Positions 34,378 to 43,984 of a stretch of 64,000 nucleotides of DNA are shown here, piece after piece. The DNA is taken from the sequence record NC_031120.1. One strand, written 5' to 3'. The notes beneath the pieces are model-generated. The model worked only from the letters and a program-made list of their open reading frames with translations, ran no database searches and had not been told where the DNA came from. Position 1 is the stretch's first letter, and each line of letters begins with the position of its first letter. The translations under genes were made by a program, and so were the position numbers.

Positions 34378-36078
34378 ATGCACGAGATACACATCACGCA
34401 TACCTCAATGGGGGTGCGAGTGGAGGTGCCAGTCCGTCAGGTCGAGATAGCGATCAAGACCTGGGCTGAGCAAAACCTCCATGCCCCTAAGATGGGGAAA
34501 GACCACGGTCGAATAACCGTGGAACAGGGTGATGGCTATTACGCGTACTTGCCTAGTACGAGATCCTTCATCTTCCACAAAACGTTTTTGGAGCAGATTC
34601 TGTCTGTTATCAAAAACACGATCGTCTCCTACCAGCTTGACGCCACGATTAAAGAACACGACGTCAGCAAAGTGCGCAAACAGCCGTACGGTTGTGCATT
34701 CCCTAACCATGGGTTCGAATTGGAAGTACACGATCCGGACTCCCGCTTCTATTACCAGAACGACGTGGTGGAAGCGGCACTTGACCCGTTATGGGCACAG
34801 GTGATATTTGCCATCCAGACAGGCCGTGGTAAGACGAAGTCTCTCCAGAAGGTCATGGTAAGGATGGGCGTACGAACGGCGCTTATCATGCGTCCTACGT
34901 ACAAAGACAAGTGGATCTTCGACTGTTGTGATGACCCTACCGGTCTGAAGGTCGAAAAGGAACACGTTCTGGTCTGTCAAGGGGTGCAGTCGATTTACGA
35001 CGCCTACGAGATGGGGCAGAATGGCGAGTTAGACGCGAAGGATATCCGTATCATTATTATCCCAACCGTCACGCTCCAGTTGTTCCTGAAAGAGTACATG
35101 AACACCGCGGCGACCAACGCCATTAACCTGGACGACTTCTACGACACCATGGGTGTCGGCCTTGTGGGGTATGACGAGGTGCATGAGCACTTCCTCCTGG
35201 TGTACCTCAGTGGCATTATGTTGAACCCGCCGAAGACCGTGGAGATGTCCGCGACCCTCGAGCCGGGTGCCAGTAAGGTGTTCATCCGTGAACGCTATAA
35301 GGAACGCTTCCCAATCGTTAACCGGTTAAGTATTCCTTATATTCCCGTGGTGGATGTTCGCGGGTTGTACTACAGCATCGAAGACAAGAAGTTAGCGTGG
35401 TGGGCGACGAAGATGACGCCGTACAACCACAAAGTCTTCGAAGGGAAATTGATGCGGGAAGGCTACCACATTTCGTACTGCGAGATGTGGTATAACCTGA
35501 TGGAGCGCACGTTCCTCGAGAACTACGAGCCGGGACAGAAAATCATCATTCTGTTTGCGACCGTGGACATGTGCGAGTTCTACGCGAACTACGTACGCGA
35601 GAAACTGTCAACCCATCCGCGGTTCTGCGATTTGATGGTGGCGAAGTATAACGGCGGCGATTCGTATGACGATTTCATCATGGCCGAGATTGGGGTCTCC
35701 ACCCCGAACAAAGCCGGGACGGCAATCGACAAGCCGGGCACCGTGCACATGTACGTGACCACGCCAATTGATGACCAGCAGCTCAACGAGCAGATTGCTG
35801 GGCGTCCACGTCCTGTTATCTGGGACATGAACCCGAAGGTGTGGTTCGGCCATTGCATGAACATCCCGAAACACGGCGCTTACCTGAACTCCCGCATGCA
35901 TTCCTTGAAAGGGAAAGTGCTGTCGTTCAAGGTGGCAACCTCTCCGTACGTTGTAAGGAAAAGTTATGATAACTCCGCCACTTCCAGCCGCTCCCGAAGC
36001 CCCTTACGTCGGCTTGAGTTTAGCAAAGTTTCTCGAGGTCGTTCTAAGGGCGTATCCCGGGGTAGAAGACGTCGCTAA
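34378..36078 (+). CDS. superfamily 2 helicase (phiKZ gp75-like)
   Basis: Walker A QTGRGKT, DEVH box, SAT motif III, QIAGR motif VI. Confidence 0.88.
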   Translation: MHEIHITHTSMGVRVEVPVRQVEIAIKTWAEQNLHAPKMGKDHGRITVEQGDGYYAYLPSTRSFIFHKTFLEQILSVIKNTIVSYQLDATIKEHDVSKVRKQPYGCAFPNHGFELEVHDPDSRFYYQNDVVEAALDPLWAQVIFAIQTGRGKTKSLQKVMVRMGVRTALIMRPTYKDKWIFDCCDDPTGLKVEKEHVLVCQGVQSIYDAYEMGQNGELDAKDIRIIIIPTVTLQLFLKEYMNTAATNAINLDDFYDTMGVGLVGYDEVHEHFLLVYLSGIMLNPPKTVEMSATLEPGASKVFIRERYKERFPIVNRLSIPYIPVVDVRGLYYSIEDKKLAWWATKMTPYNHKVFEGKLMREGYHISYCEMWYNLMERTFLENYEPGQKIIILFATVDMCEFYANYVREKLSTHPRFCDLMVAKYNGGDSYDDFIMAEIGVSTPNKAGTAIDKPGTVHMYVTTPIDDQQLNEQIAGRPRPVIWDMNPKVWFGHCMNIPKHGAYLNSRMHSLKGKVLSFKVATSPYVVRKSYDNSATSSRSRSPLRRLEFSKVSRGRSKGVSRGRRRR

Positions 36079-36349
36079 GGTATTGTGTCAGGACCCGAAA
36101 ATCAATCGGGCCTTTCACTATTACATGGTGACTGAACACTACGCCGGGCTTTTCATTGAGCAACGCGGGTTACGCTATCATGTAACCCGCACCTCAAACA
36201 TCCGTGGCACCGCCGCGTATGAGCTGTACACCTACACGCTCTGGACCGATAACCCGGCCGGGAGCGTTGACCAAAACCCAAAAATGGCCTATGCCCTCTT
36301 CTCTGAAAAGTGGCATGATTGGGTGACGGTTCCACATAACGTATCTTAA
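35966..36349 (+). CDS. hypothetical protein
   Basis: 127 aa, AAGGA RBS; overlaps the helicase 3' end. Confidence 0.6.
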   Translation: MITPPLPAAPEAPYVGLSLAKFLEVVLRAYPGVEDVAKVLCQDPKINRAFHYYMVTEHYAGLFIEQRGLRYHVTRTSNIRGTAAYELYTYTLWTDNPAGSVDQNPKMAYALFSEKWHDWVTVPHNVS

Positions 36350-36404
36350 AACAGCAGTTGGATATAATGTGTGAATCCACCCTGTATTTGTAAAGGAAAA
36401 TCCC

Positions 36405-36998
36405 ATGTCACGTCGTAAAAAACTCCCTGGTTTTAATCCAAAGCAGAAAGCCCGTGATAGCATCACGCGCAATATGCGCGACATCAACAACGTGGAGGAA
36501 ATCTTCCGCGGTGAATCGTTAATCCTGTCTGACCGCATGGATACCGAAGGCAAAGCCCTGGAGCTGATTGAAAGCCCGGAGCTGCGCGATTATCTGACCA
36601 CCCATTTCAACCGCACGAAGAACGGTTTCGTCGGTCTGATGGCGGAGTTTACCCAAAAGCTGATTGCTATCCGTACCCCGGCCGATGCGCTGGCGTGTGA
36701 GTGGATGGACATTCTGGCTGAACAGAAATGGGACGACGTGCGTGACAAGTTTAGCTTGGCGGATGTGACCTTAACGGCCGCGTCTACTGATGCTATTTTC
36801 CTGGGTCAGGAATGTACCGCGGCCGCTATCGAACTGTTCTCGCAATATGCGTCGCGTACCAGCGCTATGCACCGTGCCATGCGCATGGGCTTGACCATCC
36901 CGGAAGTTATCCAGTTCATGGAAGCGGTGGATGACCACAATGCCCCGGCTAAAGAAGCAGCAGCCCCAGAGGCCGAAGAGGAAACTGCGAATGTCTGA
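36405..36998 (+). CDS. hypothetical protein
   Basis: 197 aa, AAGGA RBS. Confidence 0.8.
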   Translation: MSRRKKLPGFNPKQKARDSITRNMRDINNVEEIFRGESLILSDRMDTEGKALELIESPELRDYLTTHFNRTKNGFVGLMAEFTQKLIAIRTPADALACEWMDILAEQKWDDVRDKFSLADVTLTAASTDAIFLGQECTAAAIELFSQYASRTSAMHRAMRMGLTIPEVIQFMEAVDDHNAPAKEAAAPEAEEETANV

Positions 36999-38946
36999 AC
37001 AACAACTTGACCCGCGTCCGGGTATGGTGCGTCGCGACGAAAGCGCCGCCCCTGCCCCTGCGGAGTTTCAGCTCCTGTCTGATGACTACATGCGCCACCT
37101 GTCAAAGGGTGACGCTGTGGTCGAGATGCTTAAACTCAACCCCACTTTTTCTTTTGCCTTTGCCAGTGAGCAGTACGACGCTTGGCACGCAGCGAATGCG
37201 CAACCTGCATCACCGCCGGAACCGATCCCAACGGCTGCGGTTGCGCCAGCGCCGCTTGTGGAAGAGAAGGTAATCGCACAAGATCCGCCAAAGCAGCAAG
37301 TACCGGAAACCATCCGTACCCTGCATACGCATGCCGAGCCGAAACCCGCACCAACTGAACAGCGTCTGGTGCCCCAGGCTGCTCCCGATGCGCCACTTGC
37401 GGCACCGAAAGTGCCGGATGTTGACCAACCGGTGGTTGCGGCTTCTGCCCCACAGGGCATTAACTTCGGTAGCCAACCACACCGTGAAGAAATCACCACC
37501 ATGGCTGAAGACGACCCACACCGTCTATTCAGTCAGGCCGGTGAGTTGATTGGTACCTTTACCCCGCTGGCCGCGGAAGAGGAAGCGACCCGTTTCTTCT
37601 CCAATATCAAGCGTGGTAGCAAAGGCCAACCGCTGTTTGCCTCCGAAGCAGAAGCCGAGAAGTATCAGCTGCTGTCCACTGCGCTGGAATTGACCCCGCC
37701 GGTCAACACCTTAGGCCGTGCGGCGTTTGATATTGCGCTGGAGCGTACCGATACCCCGTGGACGCAGGGGATGACACTGCCAACCGGGAAGATGGTTGGA
37801 CCTGCACAGGACCGTGGTGCGGATGCTAAAGGTGCACGCGCGGCACTGCGTCGCCGCCGCCAGTCTGGTTCCCCTATCTCCCTGTGGCTGCCGTCTACCG
37901 GTATCTACGTCGGTTTCCGTGCGCCACTTGAGCGTGAGATGTGTGACTTCGATGTACGCCTGACCACTGAGACGGCGACCATCGGTATGCAGACCTATGG
38001 CCTGCTGCTGTCGTCCATGTCCGGGGTGTATCTGCGTCACATGGTGGAACATTCGCTGAACTTTGCGATTGAAACCACCTACGACTGCCAGGGTAACGAC
38101 ATCAAGACGGCACTTATCGACATCGTTGACCTCGACGATTATTGGCTGCTGATTCTCGGCCCGATTATGGCCAAGTTCCCCGCCGGTATTCCGTGGAAGA
38201 TGGTGTGCACCAAAGACGAGTGTGGTCACGAGCGTGATGTCAAGCTGAACCTGGCGCGCTGTATCCGTATGGCGGATGGCCTGTTCACCGACCTGCACCG
38301 TGCCATGAACCAACGTCAGCGTGGGAAAACCTCCGACAAGGTGATTGGTCCAGAAGACTATCAGGCTTACCGCAATGAGCTGCCGCATAACCCGGCCTCA
38401 ACCTTTAAGCATGAGCAGACTGGCCTGACCATCAACTTCGGTCGTTCTACCATCGGCGAGTATCTCGACAGCACGGATAAGTGGCTGGAAGATATCAACC
38501 GTGCGGCCACCGATGCGCTGTCCTCCAACGCCAGCGACTACGAACGCACCAACTACATCAAGTTGACTGCCGAAGTCCGTCGGCTGACCCGTCACGCCCA
38601 CCACGTCAAATCCATCGTCGTGGAAGAAGAAGTGAACGGCGAAGTGGTTGAGAACCTGGAAACCGATCCGGCGAAGATTGTCGAGATTCTGGAAGACATG
38701 TCCTCTGACCGCGTGTACGTGCTGGCCTTTGAGAACGCCCTGGCGCGTTACACTGACCTGTCGCGTCTGGCAGTGCTCGGCTACATGGGCCATGCGTGCC
38801 CAGCGTGTGGGACGACTGAAGGTGAAGAAGACGGTCCGTTCCGTGGTATTGTTACCATTTCACCGGACAGGGTTTTTTTCGCGCTATCTCGTGTGGTGTC
38901 AGAGATACAGAAAGTCTTTTTACAACAGTTCGGAAATATTGGCTAG
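36991..38946 (+). CDS. putative tail/baseplate assembly chaperone with zinc-binding motifs and Pro/Ala-rich N-terminus
   Basis: 651 aa from ATG 36991; C-x4-C-x-H and CPACG motifs reminiscent of T4 gp26-type chaperones; slippery site near the end. Confidence 0.55.
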   Translation: MSEQQLDPRPGMVRRDESAAPAPAEFQLLSDDYMRHLSKGDAVVEMLKLNPTFSFAFASEQYDAWHAANAQPASPPEPIPTAAVAPAPLVEEKVIAQDPPKQQVPETIRTLHTHAEPKPAPTEQRLVPQAAPDAPLAAPKVPDVDQPVVAASAPQGINFGSQPHREEITTMAEDDPHRLFSQAGELIGTFTPLAAEEEATRFFSNIKRGSKGQPLFASEAEAEKYQLLSTALELTPPVNTLGRAAFDIALERTDTPWTQGMTLPTGKMVGPAQDRGADAKGARAALRRRRQSGSPISLWLPSTGIYVGFRAPLEREMCDFDVRLTTETATIGMQTYGLLLSSMSGVYLRHMVEHSLNFAIETTYDCQGNDIKTALIDIVDLDDYWLLILGPIMAKFPAGIPWKMVCTKDECGHERDVKLNLARCIRMADGLFTDLHRAMNQRQRGKTSDKVIGPEDYQAYRNELPHNPASTFKHEQTGLTINFGRSTIGEYLDSTDKWLEDINRAATDALSSNASDYERTNYIKLTAEVRRLTRHAHHVKSIVVEEEVNGEVVENLETDPAKIVEILEDMSSDRVYVLAFENALARYTDLSRLAVLGYMGHACPACGTTEGEEDGPFRGIVTISPDRVFFALSRVVSEIQKVFLQQFGNIG

Positions 38947-39059
38947 ATGCCGACGACATCCCGTCCGGCACCATCATCAACGCACTGAAGCTCGACACCT
39001 CCTCGCTGTTTAAGCAGCGCAGTAGCCGACCTATCACGTATCAGGAGGCGCATGACGAG

Positions 39060-39353
39060 TTGCTCTCCACCTACGATGAGGTTATGGGCTTCGAAACCGG
39101 TGAGAACAACATTGGCCTGACAGACTTCGAGAACCCGATGATGGGTTCGCTGTACGAAATCTGGATGACCACGTATGTGCGGGAACGTATCTACGACGTG
39201 TTTCACGTCAGCTATGATGAATTCCTGAACCGTCCACGATGGGAAATGATGAAGATGCTGGAAGTGGCGAAACGACGCATTGCGGAACTTAACAAAGTGC
39301 AGAAGGACGTCATTCCAGAGGACTGGGAAAAGCAGTTGCAAGGAAAGGTATAA
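39060..39353 (+). CDS. downstream chaperone-like ORF (T4 gp51-like by eye), possibly made as a -1 frameshift extension of the upstream gene
   Basis: VFHVSYDEFLNRPRWE motif; frame open from 38826 with no ATG before 39084; the only upstream start with an RBS is TTG 39060. Confidence 0.6.
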   Translation: MLSTYDEVMGFETGENNIGLTDFENPMMGSLYEIWMTTYVRERIYDVFHVSYDEFLNRPRWEMMKMLEVAKRRIAELNKVQKDVIPEDWEKQLQGKV

Positions 39354-39355
39354 AA

Positions 39356-39384
39356 GAAGGGGCTTCGGCCCCTTTCTTTTTTTT
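39356..39384 (+). terminator. intrinsic terminator
   Basis: GGGG-CTTCGG-CCCC followed by a T run. Confidence 0.8.
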
Positions 39385-39419
39385 GTGTTGATATGACACC
39401 CGCCTTAGGAACGGAAAAA

Positions 39420-40274
39420 ATGGAAAACTTGTATGACGATTACGCTGACGTATTGGGAAAGGTTCGTCAGGAAGCACGCTTAGCACCAATCCTCGACTTG
39501 GTGAGCCTGGGAATCGAGTACGGCTACGACACGACACTCGCGGACATTTACTACCAGCCGCTTTCTGAGCCGAACGATGAATGTATCCGCCTTGAGGGCA
39601 TTGTTGTCAAGGTGGCCGTGGGTTTAGGTCAACGTGTGGGGATTGGCTTTAACCCGCAAGAAGTGTTCAAGAAGCCGAAGGAGACCGTCCGCGTACTGCA
39701 CGGCATCCTGGAAGCCTTTGACGCGTTCGAAGACAAAGATGCCCTGTACGGTATCCTGTGCTCCGGTGAACCGCCACAGTACATCCTGGAGAACATGGTG
39801 CGCCATGTGTACGGGGACAACGAACTGCACTTCGAAGATTTGATTGTGGTGGTGGAACCGCGTCTGTTAACCCCGATGCGCAACATCTTCGCGGCTCAGT
39901 CTGCGGAAGAGACCAAAGAGACCGAGGTCAACCCGCGAATGGCCCGCATCGTCCCATACCTGCGCCTGTACCCGGCCAACCCGTCTGCGGCGGTCTTTAT
40001 GAACCTGCCTGCAATGGTGGACATCAATGCGGTGGCCCAGTCCCTGGACTTCAGTGAAGACAACGGTGTCGGGGAGCTGGAACTGCTGGTCATGTACACC
40101 GTGGGGATGGCCATTATAGATGCTGAGCAATACGACCAGGCTTACGAGAAGCTGGAAGATTGCCTGGCCTTGATTAACAACGATGATTTACCTGACACCC
40201 CCATCTTAAAAGATGCCTTAACCGGGTTGAAGGAAATCTACGGCATGGGGCTAGAAATCGATGACGAAGATTGA
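39420..40274 (+). CDS. conserved acidic protein (probably virion)
   Basis: 284 aa from ATG 39420; TATG late core at 39392. Confidence 0.7.
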   Translation: MENLYDDYADVLGKVRQEARLAPILDLVSLGIEYGYDTTLADIYYQPLSEPNDECIRLEGIVVKVAVGLGQRVGIGFNPQEVFKKPKETVRVLHGILEAFDAFEDKDALYGILCSGEPPQYILENMVRHVYGDNELHFEDLIVVVEPRLLTPMRNIFAAQSAEETKETEVNPRMARIVPYLRLYPANPSAAVFMNLPAMVDINAVAQSLDFSEDNGVGELELLVMYTVGMAIIDAEQYDQAYEKLEDCLALINNDDLPDTPILKDALTGLKEIYGMGLEIDDED

Positions 40275-41565
40275 GTACCTCTACGCGGCCTGTAAGTCCG
40301 GGGCGTGGCGTCGCCTGGTCTGGCGCATGGGCATCTTTAACGTCTGCGTGTTCCCCGAAGACAACGAATCTCCGGTGCAGTATGATCTGACGTTTATTGA
40401 CGGGATGCCGCACTATTGGGAATCGGCCGACGATGACAGTCCCGGTGAATGGATTGCCATCACCGACGGCAAGAAGGATGAAGAGCTGTTCTTCCCGGAA
40501 ACCGTGTTGCCGTTACCCAAAGCGGAGTACCCCGGGTTGGAAGAGGACATCACCACTACCGTGGGGCGTTACGTTCTGAACTGGGTGGTGATTTACTACG
40601 CCTTCGGGACCCGACTCCCGTACCTGCGTGAGGGTGGGCCAATGTCCTACGCGAAGCAGATGTACGAACGCTGCGTGGATAATGAAACGGACCTGCCGGA
40701 AGACGAAACGGTGATTCGTCCGAGCATGATAGACCGCTTTGTAAACGGCCTCAGCGAGTTGGCTCCGATGGCTAAGGCAATCTCCCCAACCGGGACATTG
40801 CGCTCGTTTACGGTGCATCCAGACGCGTATAAGGTGCGTGATGCGTTACTGCTCAAGCACAAAGACGAACTGGATAACCCGGCAGTCATTGCGATGATTG
40901 AAAAGGCGCTGGATGAGCTGGATACCGAATGGTTGTCCGGTGACCAGTCGATTCAATTCTACGCCTCGAAGAAAGCGCGCATGCGTCGTCGTAAGCTGAT
41001 GCTGTTCTACGGCATCGAAGCCTCGTTCCACGAGGGGACGGACTACACCCTGATTCCGAACGCGTTGGTGGAAGTCGATAAGTTCGGCATGGAGAACCTG
41101 GTTGCCAAGTACAACTCCATTCGTGAAGGTTCGTACTCCCGTGGTGCGGAAACCGCAAAGGGTGGGGAACAGGTACGTATCATCCAGATGATCTTCCAGA
41201 ACCACCGTATCGTGGAAGGGGACTGCGGCACCAAGCTGACCCATCCGGTCCTGATTACCGAGGCGAATGCTGGGCGTTATATCGGAATGAACGCCATGGT
41301 TGGCGGGAAACCGACGATGATTACCGCCGACATGATGAAGGCCAGCATGGGGAAAATCCTGTTACTGCGCCGTCCCATCTTATGTCAATTGCCCCACATC
41401 GACTGCTGTGCGACCTGTGCCTCAGCGGATAAAGCGAAAGAACCACGCGCAATCGCTGCGGATATCTCCACCGCGTTCTCCAACGTCATGGGCGTAGCGA
41501 TGGCGAAGATGCACGGTTCTGAAAACATTGTGCGGGAATTCAAACCCCAAATCCACATTACCTAA
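40261..41565 (+). CDS. virion RNA polymerase beta-prime subunit fragment (phiKZ gp80-like)
   Basis: GDCGT and RRPILC..CCATC zinc ligands; SR..ETA.GG bridge-helix-like segment. Confidence 0.85.
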   Translation: MTKIEYLYAACKSGAWRRLVWRMGIFNVCVFPEDNESPVQYDLTFIDGMPHYWESADDDSPGEWIAITDGKKDEELFFPETVLPLPKAEYPGLEEDITTTVGRYVLNWVVIYYAFGTRLPYLREGGPMSYAKQMYERCVDNETDLPEDETVIRPSMIDRFVNGLSELAPMAKAISPTGTLRSFTVHPDAYKVRDALLLKHKDELDNPAVIAMIEKALDELDTEWLSGDQSIQFYASKKARMRRRKLMLFYGIEASFHEGTDYTLIPNALVEVDKFGMENLVAKYNSIREGSYSRGAETAKGGEQVRIIQMIFQNHRIVEGDCGTKLTHPVLITEANAGRYIGMNAMVGGKPTMITADMMKASMGKILLLRRPILCQLPHIDCCATCASADKAKEPRAIAADISTAFSNVMGVAMAKMHGSENIVREFKPQIHIT

Positions 41566-41575
41566 GGAATATCCC

Positions 41576-42085
41576 ATGAGCGAAGTTGTAAAAGATGAAT
41601 CTACCCAGGACGTCCGTCCGGTCGCTGCGGTGCGTGCCACTGCTCCGGCCTATGGCCAGGAAGACCAGGGCAAAGTACAGCTGGTTATCGAGATGCTGGA
41701 CGAAGCCGGTGCGGCGGTAGGCCGTAACAAAAAGCCGAAAGCCGAGCTGGAATCTGCGGCTTACAGCAAACTGCACAGTGCGTTCCGTAACCTGTTCCAG
41801 TTGCGCGGTCAGCCGTTCCTCGATGGCTTCGCAGCGTTTGTCTCTGCGGCCGTGAAACACCAGAACGGGATTTTCTATACCCCGCTGGCGACCGCGCACA
41901 TGGACAACTTCAACAACCGCAATGAGCGTGAAACCTTTATGATCTTTATCCACATGGTCATTCGTTTCGCCCGTTGCCAGAACAAGGCCAACTTCTCTTC
42001 GGAGAACAACGTAGAGCGTCTGGCAGCCCGTGTGGTTGACCCAGAGCTGCAACAGTTGCTGCGCCACGCCTTCCTGGCAGCGTAA
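41576..42085 (+). CDS. conserved hypothetical protein
   Basis: 169 aa, AAGGA RBS. Confidence 0.75.
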   Translation: MSEVVKDESTQDVRPVAAVRATAPAYGQEDQGKVQLVIEMLDEAGAAVGRNKKPKAELESAAYSKLHSAFRNLFQLRGQPFLDGFAAFVSAAVKHQNGIFYTPLATAHMDNFNNRNERETFMIFIHMVIRFARCQNKANFSSENNVERLAARVVDPELQQLLRHAFLAA

Positions 42086-42098
42086 AATAAATAAGAGT

Positions 42099-42135
42099 AC
42101 CTCACTACCCAAACGGGTAGTGAGGTTTTCTCTTT
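42099..42135. terminator. bidirectional terminator
   Basis: ACCTCACTACCC-AAAC-GGGTAGTGAGGT. Confidence 0.85.
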
Positions 42136-43913
42136 TAAAAGCCTGAAACGTATTCCACAGGCGGTTCTTCGTTAGCCACACGTTTGTTGAACGCATCCAA
42201 CACGGTGTCTTTCTCCGGCAGCTGGAACAGGCTGCACGCGATATCCATCGCATTCACCTTACCGGCCGTCAGGTTAACCCCGGCAGCACGACGGACAGAC
42301 TCCGGTACCCCACTGATGGACAGCAGCTCGATGATGGTGGTTTCACGAGACTGGTTCATCATGTTGGTGGCAGACGGGTATGCCTGGGTCAAGTCGGCAT
42401 CAGCCGCTTGTCCACGGAATGCAGAGTAGAACGTTGGCAGTTCTTTCAGCACATCCAATCCGTTCTCGGCGTTCATGCACGCCGTCAGGGTAACAATCCA
42501 ACCGTCGGTACCAATCACCTCATCGTCGAAGTCGTTACGCATTGCCGAGCCCACGGAACCGATGACCAGGTCTTGGGCATACAGGTAGTAGGTAAAGGCC
42601 ACGCATATTCGTTTCGGTAGCGATGGGAAGATATCGTACATCGAATAACCGGCAAGAATCGAGATTGCCGAAGACAGGTCGTTCGTCTTCTTATCCAACA
42701 ACACAATCATCAGGTTATCGAAGATGTTGTAGACGCAATACTCCAGCGCGTAGTCCCGCTGCGCCTTCAAGTGCCATTCCAGCTTCTCCTCGTACGGCAG
42801 TCCCGGGATATCGAGTTTGTTCAAGCCTATCTCGCTATCCAGGATGGCGTTCAGTTTGTACGACGGACGTTGTCCTTCATGCACCCGCAGGGAGCGGAAC
42901 AGCACCATGGCGTCCACGAAGTAGAACGAGGCCATGCAGTACAGCACATGCCACTGCTGAGACGGGGCTTTGGTCAGGGACTTGGACTCCGTCTTCTTCG
43001 ACGCCTTGTCTTCTTTGAACCACACGCGGCGGTATTTCTCCGGCACGTCTGGATGACAGAACACATCTTCCGGACGAATGCCGGAACGGTCTAAGGCTTC
43101 CATCATACGGTTGATATCGAACTCGTGGTTCCAGGCGACCATCAGGTCAGGTAAGCGCGGGTGTATCTCTTCAAACATCCGCTGCACACACAGCCCCGAG
43201 TTGGCACACTCGTACGTGAAGATTTTGTAGCCTTCGATAACGTTCTTCTCTTTGACCTCCACCTCGTCCGTGACCTTGTTCTTTTCACGGAACTGAATCT
43301 TGGACAGCATCTGCTGCGCTTTGGTCACGAGACGGTCTTGCCAGTTCTTGCCCATGCGTGCAGCGTAGTCCGAGGTACAGAAGAAATGTATCTCATCATC
43401 CAGCACAAAGGACATTAACCACGGGTCGCGGCTCTTGTCTTCTTCACGGGTTTCCACGTCGTACACGCAGATGCGGTTTGGAGTGGCGCGGTCTTTCCAC
43501 TTCGACATGTATTTCTCTTTAATGTACGAAGTGACCGGTAAGTCAGCCCAATAGACAAACGGGGAGGTACAAATCTGTTTCAGCTTCTTGCGGGGGTCGG
43601 GGAAGGATGCCCCAAGTGCCATTTGAATGGCGTTACCCATGTTGACGTCGGTCGTCCAGACTTCCTGGCAATTCCCTTTCTTTTCGTACTCTTTCTTTTC
43701 TTTGTGGTTACGAAACTCTTTACGCGTGATATACACCGGACGACGCACGTTTTCCAGCATCAGAATGCGAGGAATGAAGCGCCCATCCTTAGTATGGATG
43801 ACCTCTTTGACGAGGACAAAATCGTTTTGTTTTTCATCATCGGTCGCGTAGGCAACGTTTTTGCACTCTTTGGCAATGACATCCTCAGGTGCGTAATAGC
43901 GATTGCTTTCCAT
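42135..43913 (-). CDS. split family-B DNA polymerase, 3'-5' exonuclease part plus motif A (phiKZ gp82-like)
   Basis: ExoI DVETR, ExoII AWNHEFDI, ExoIII YNIFD, motif A-like DADLTQAYPS; start 43913 or 43928. Confidence 0.85.
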   Translation of the reverse strand: MESNRYYAPEDVIAKECKNVAYATDDEKQNDFVLVKEVIHTKDGRFIPRILMLENVRRPVYITRKEFRNHKEKKEYEKKGNCQEVWTTDVNMGNAIQMALGASFPDPRKKLKQICTSPFVYWADLPVTSYIKEKYMSKWKDRATPNRICVYDVETREEDKSRDPWLMSFVLDDEIHFFCTSDYAARMGKNWQDRLVTKAQQMLSKIQFREKNKVTDEVEVKEKNVIEGYKIFTYECANSGLCVQRMFEEIHPRLPDLMVAWNHEFDINRMMEALDRSGIRPEDVFCHPDVPEKYRRVWFKEDKASKKTESKSLTKAPSQQWHVLYCMASFYFVDAMVLFRSLRVHEGQRPSYKLNAILDSEIGLNKLDIPGLPYEEKLEWHLKAQRDYALEYCVYNIFDNLMIVLLDKKTNDLSSAISILAGYSMYDIFPSLPKRICVAFTYYLYAQDLVIGSVGSAMRNDFDDEVIGTDGWIVTLTACMNAENGLDVLKELPTFYSAFRGQAADADLTQAYPSATNMMNQSRETTIIELLSISGVPESVRRAAGVNLTAGKVNAMDIACSLFQLPEKDTVLDAFNKRVANEEPPVEYVSGF

Positions 43914-43984
43914 CGGTTCTCTCTTCATCGATTCGGCCTATAAGGATCGGTGGTGACGTAAAAATCTTTAAAAGGACGCCGGAA

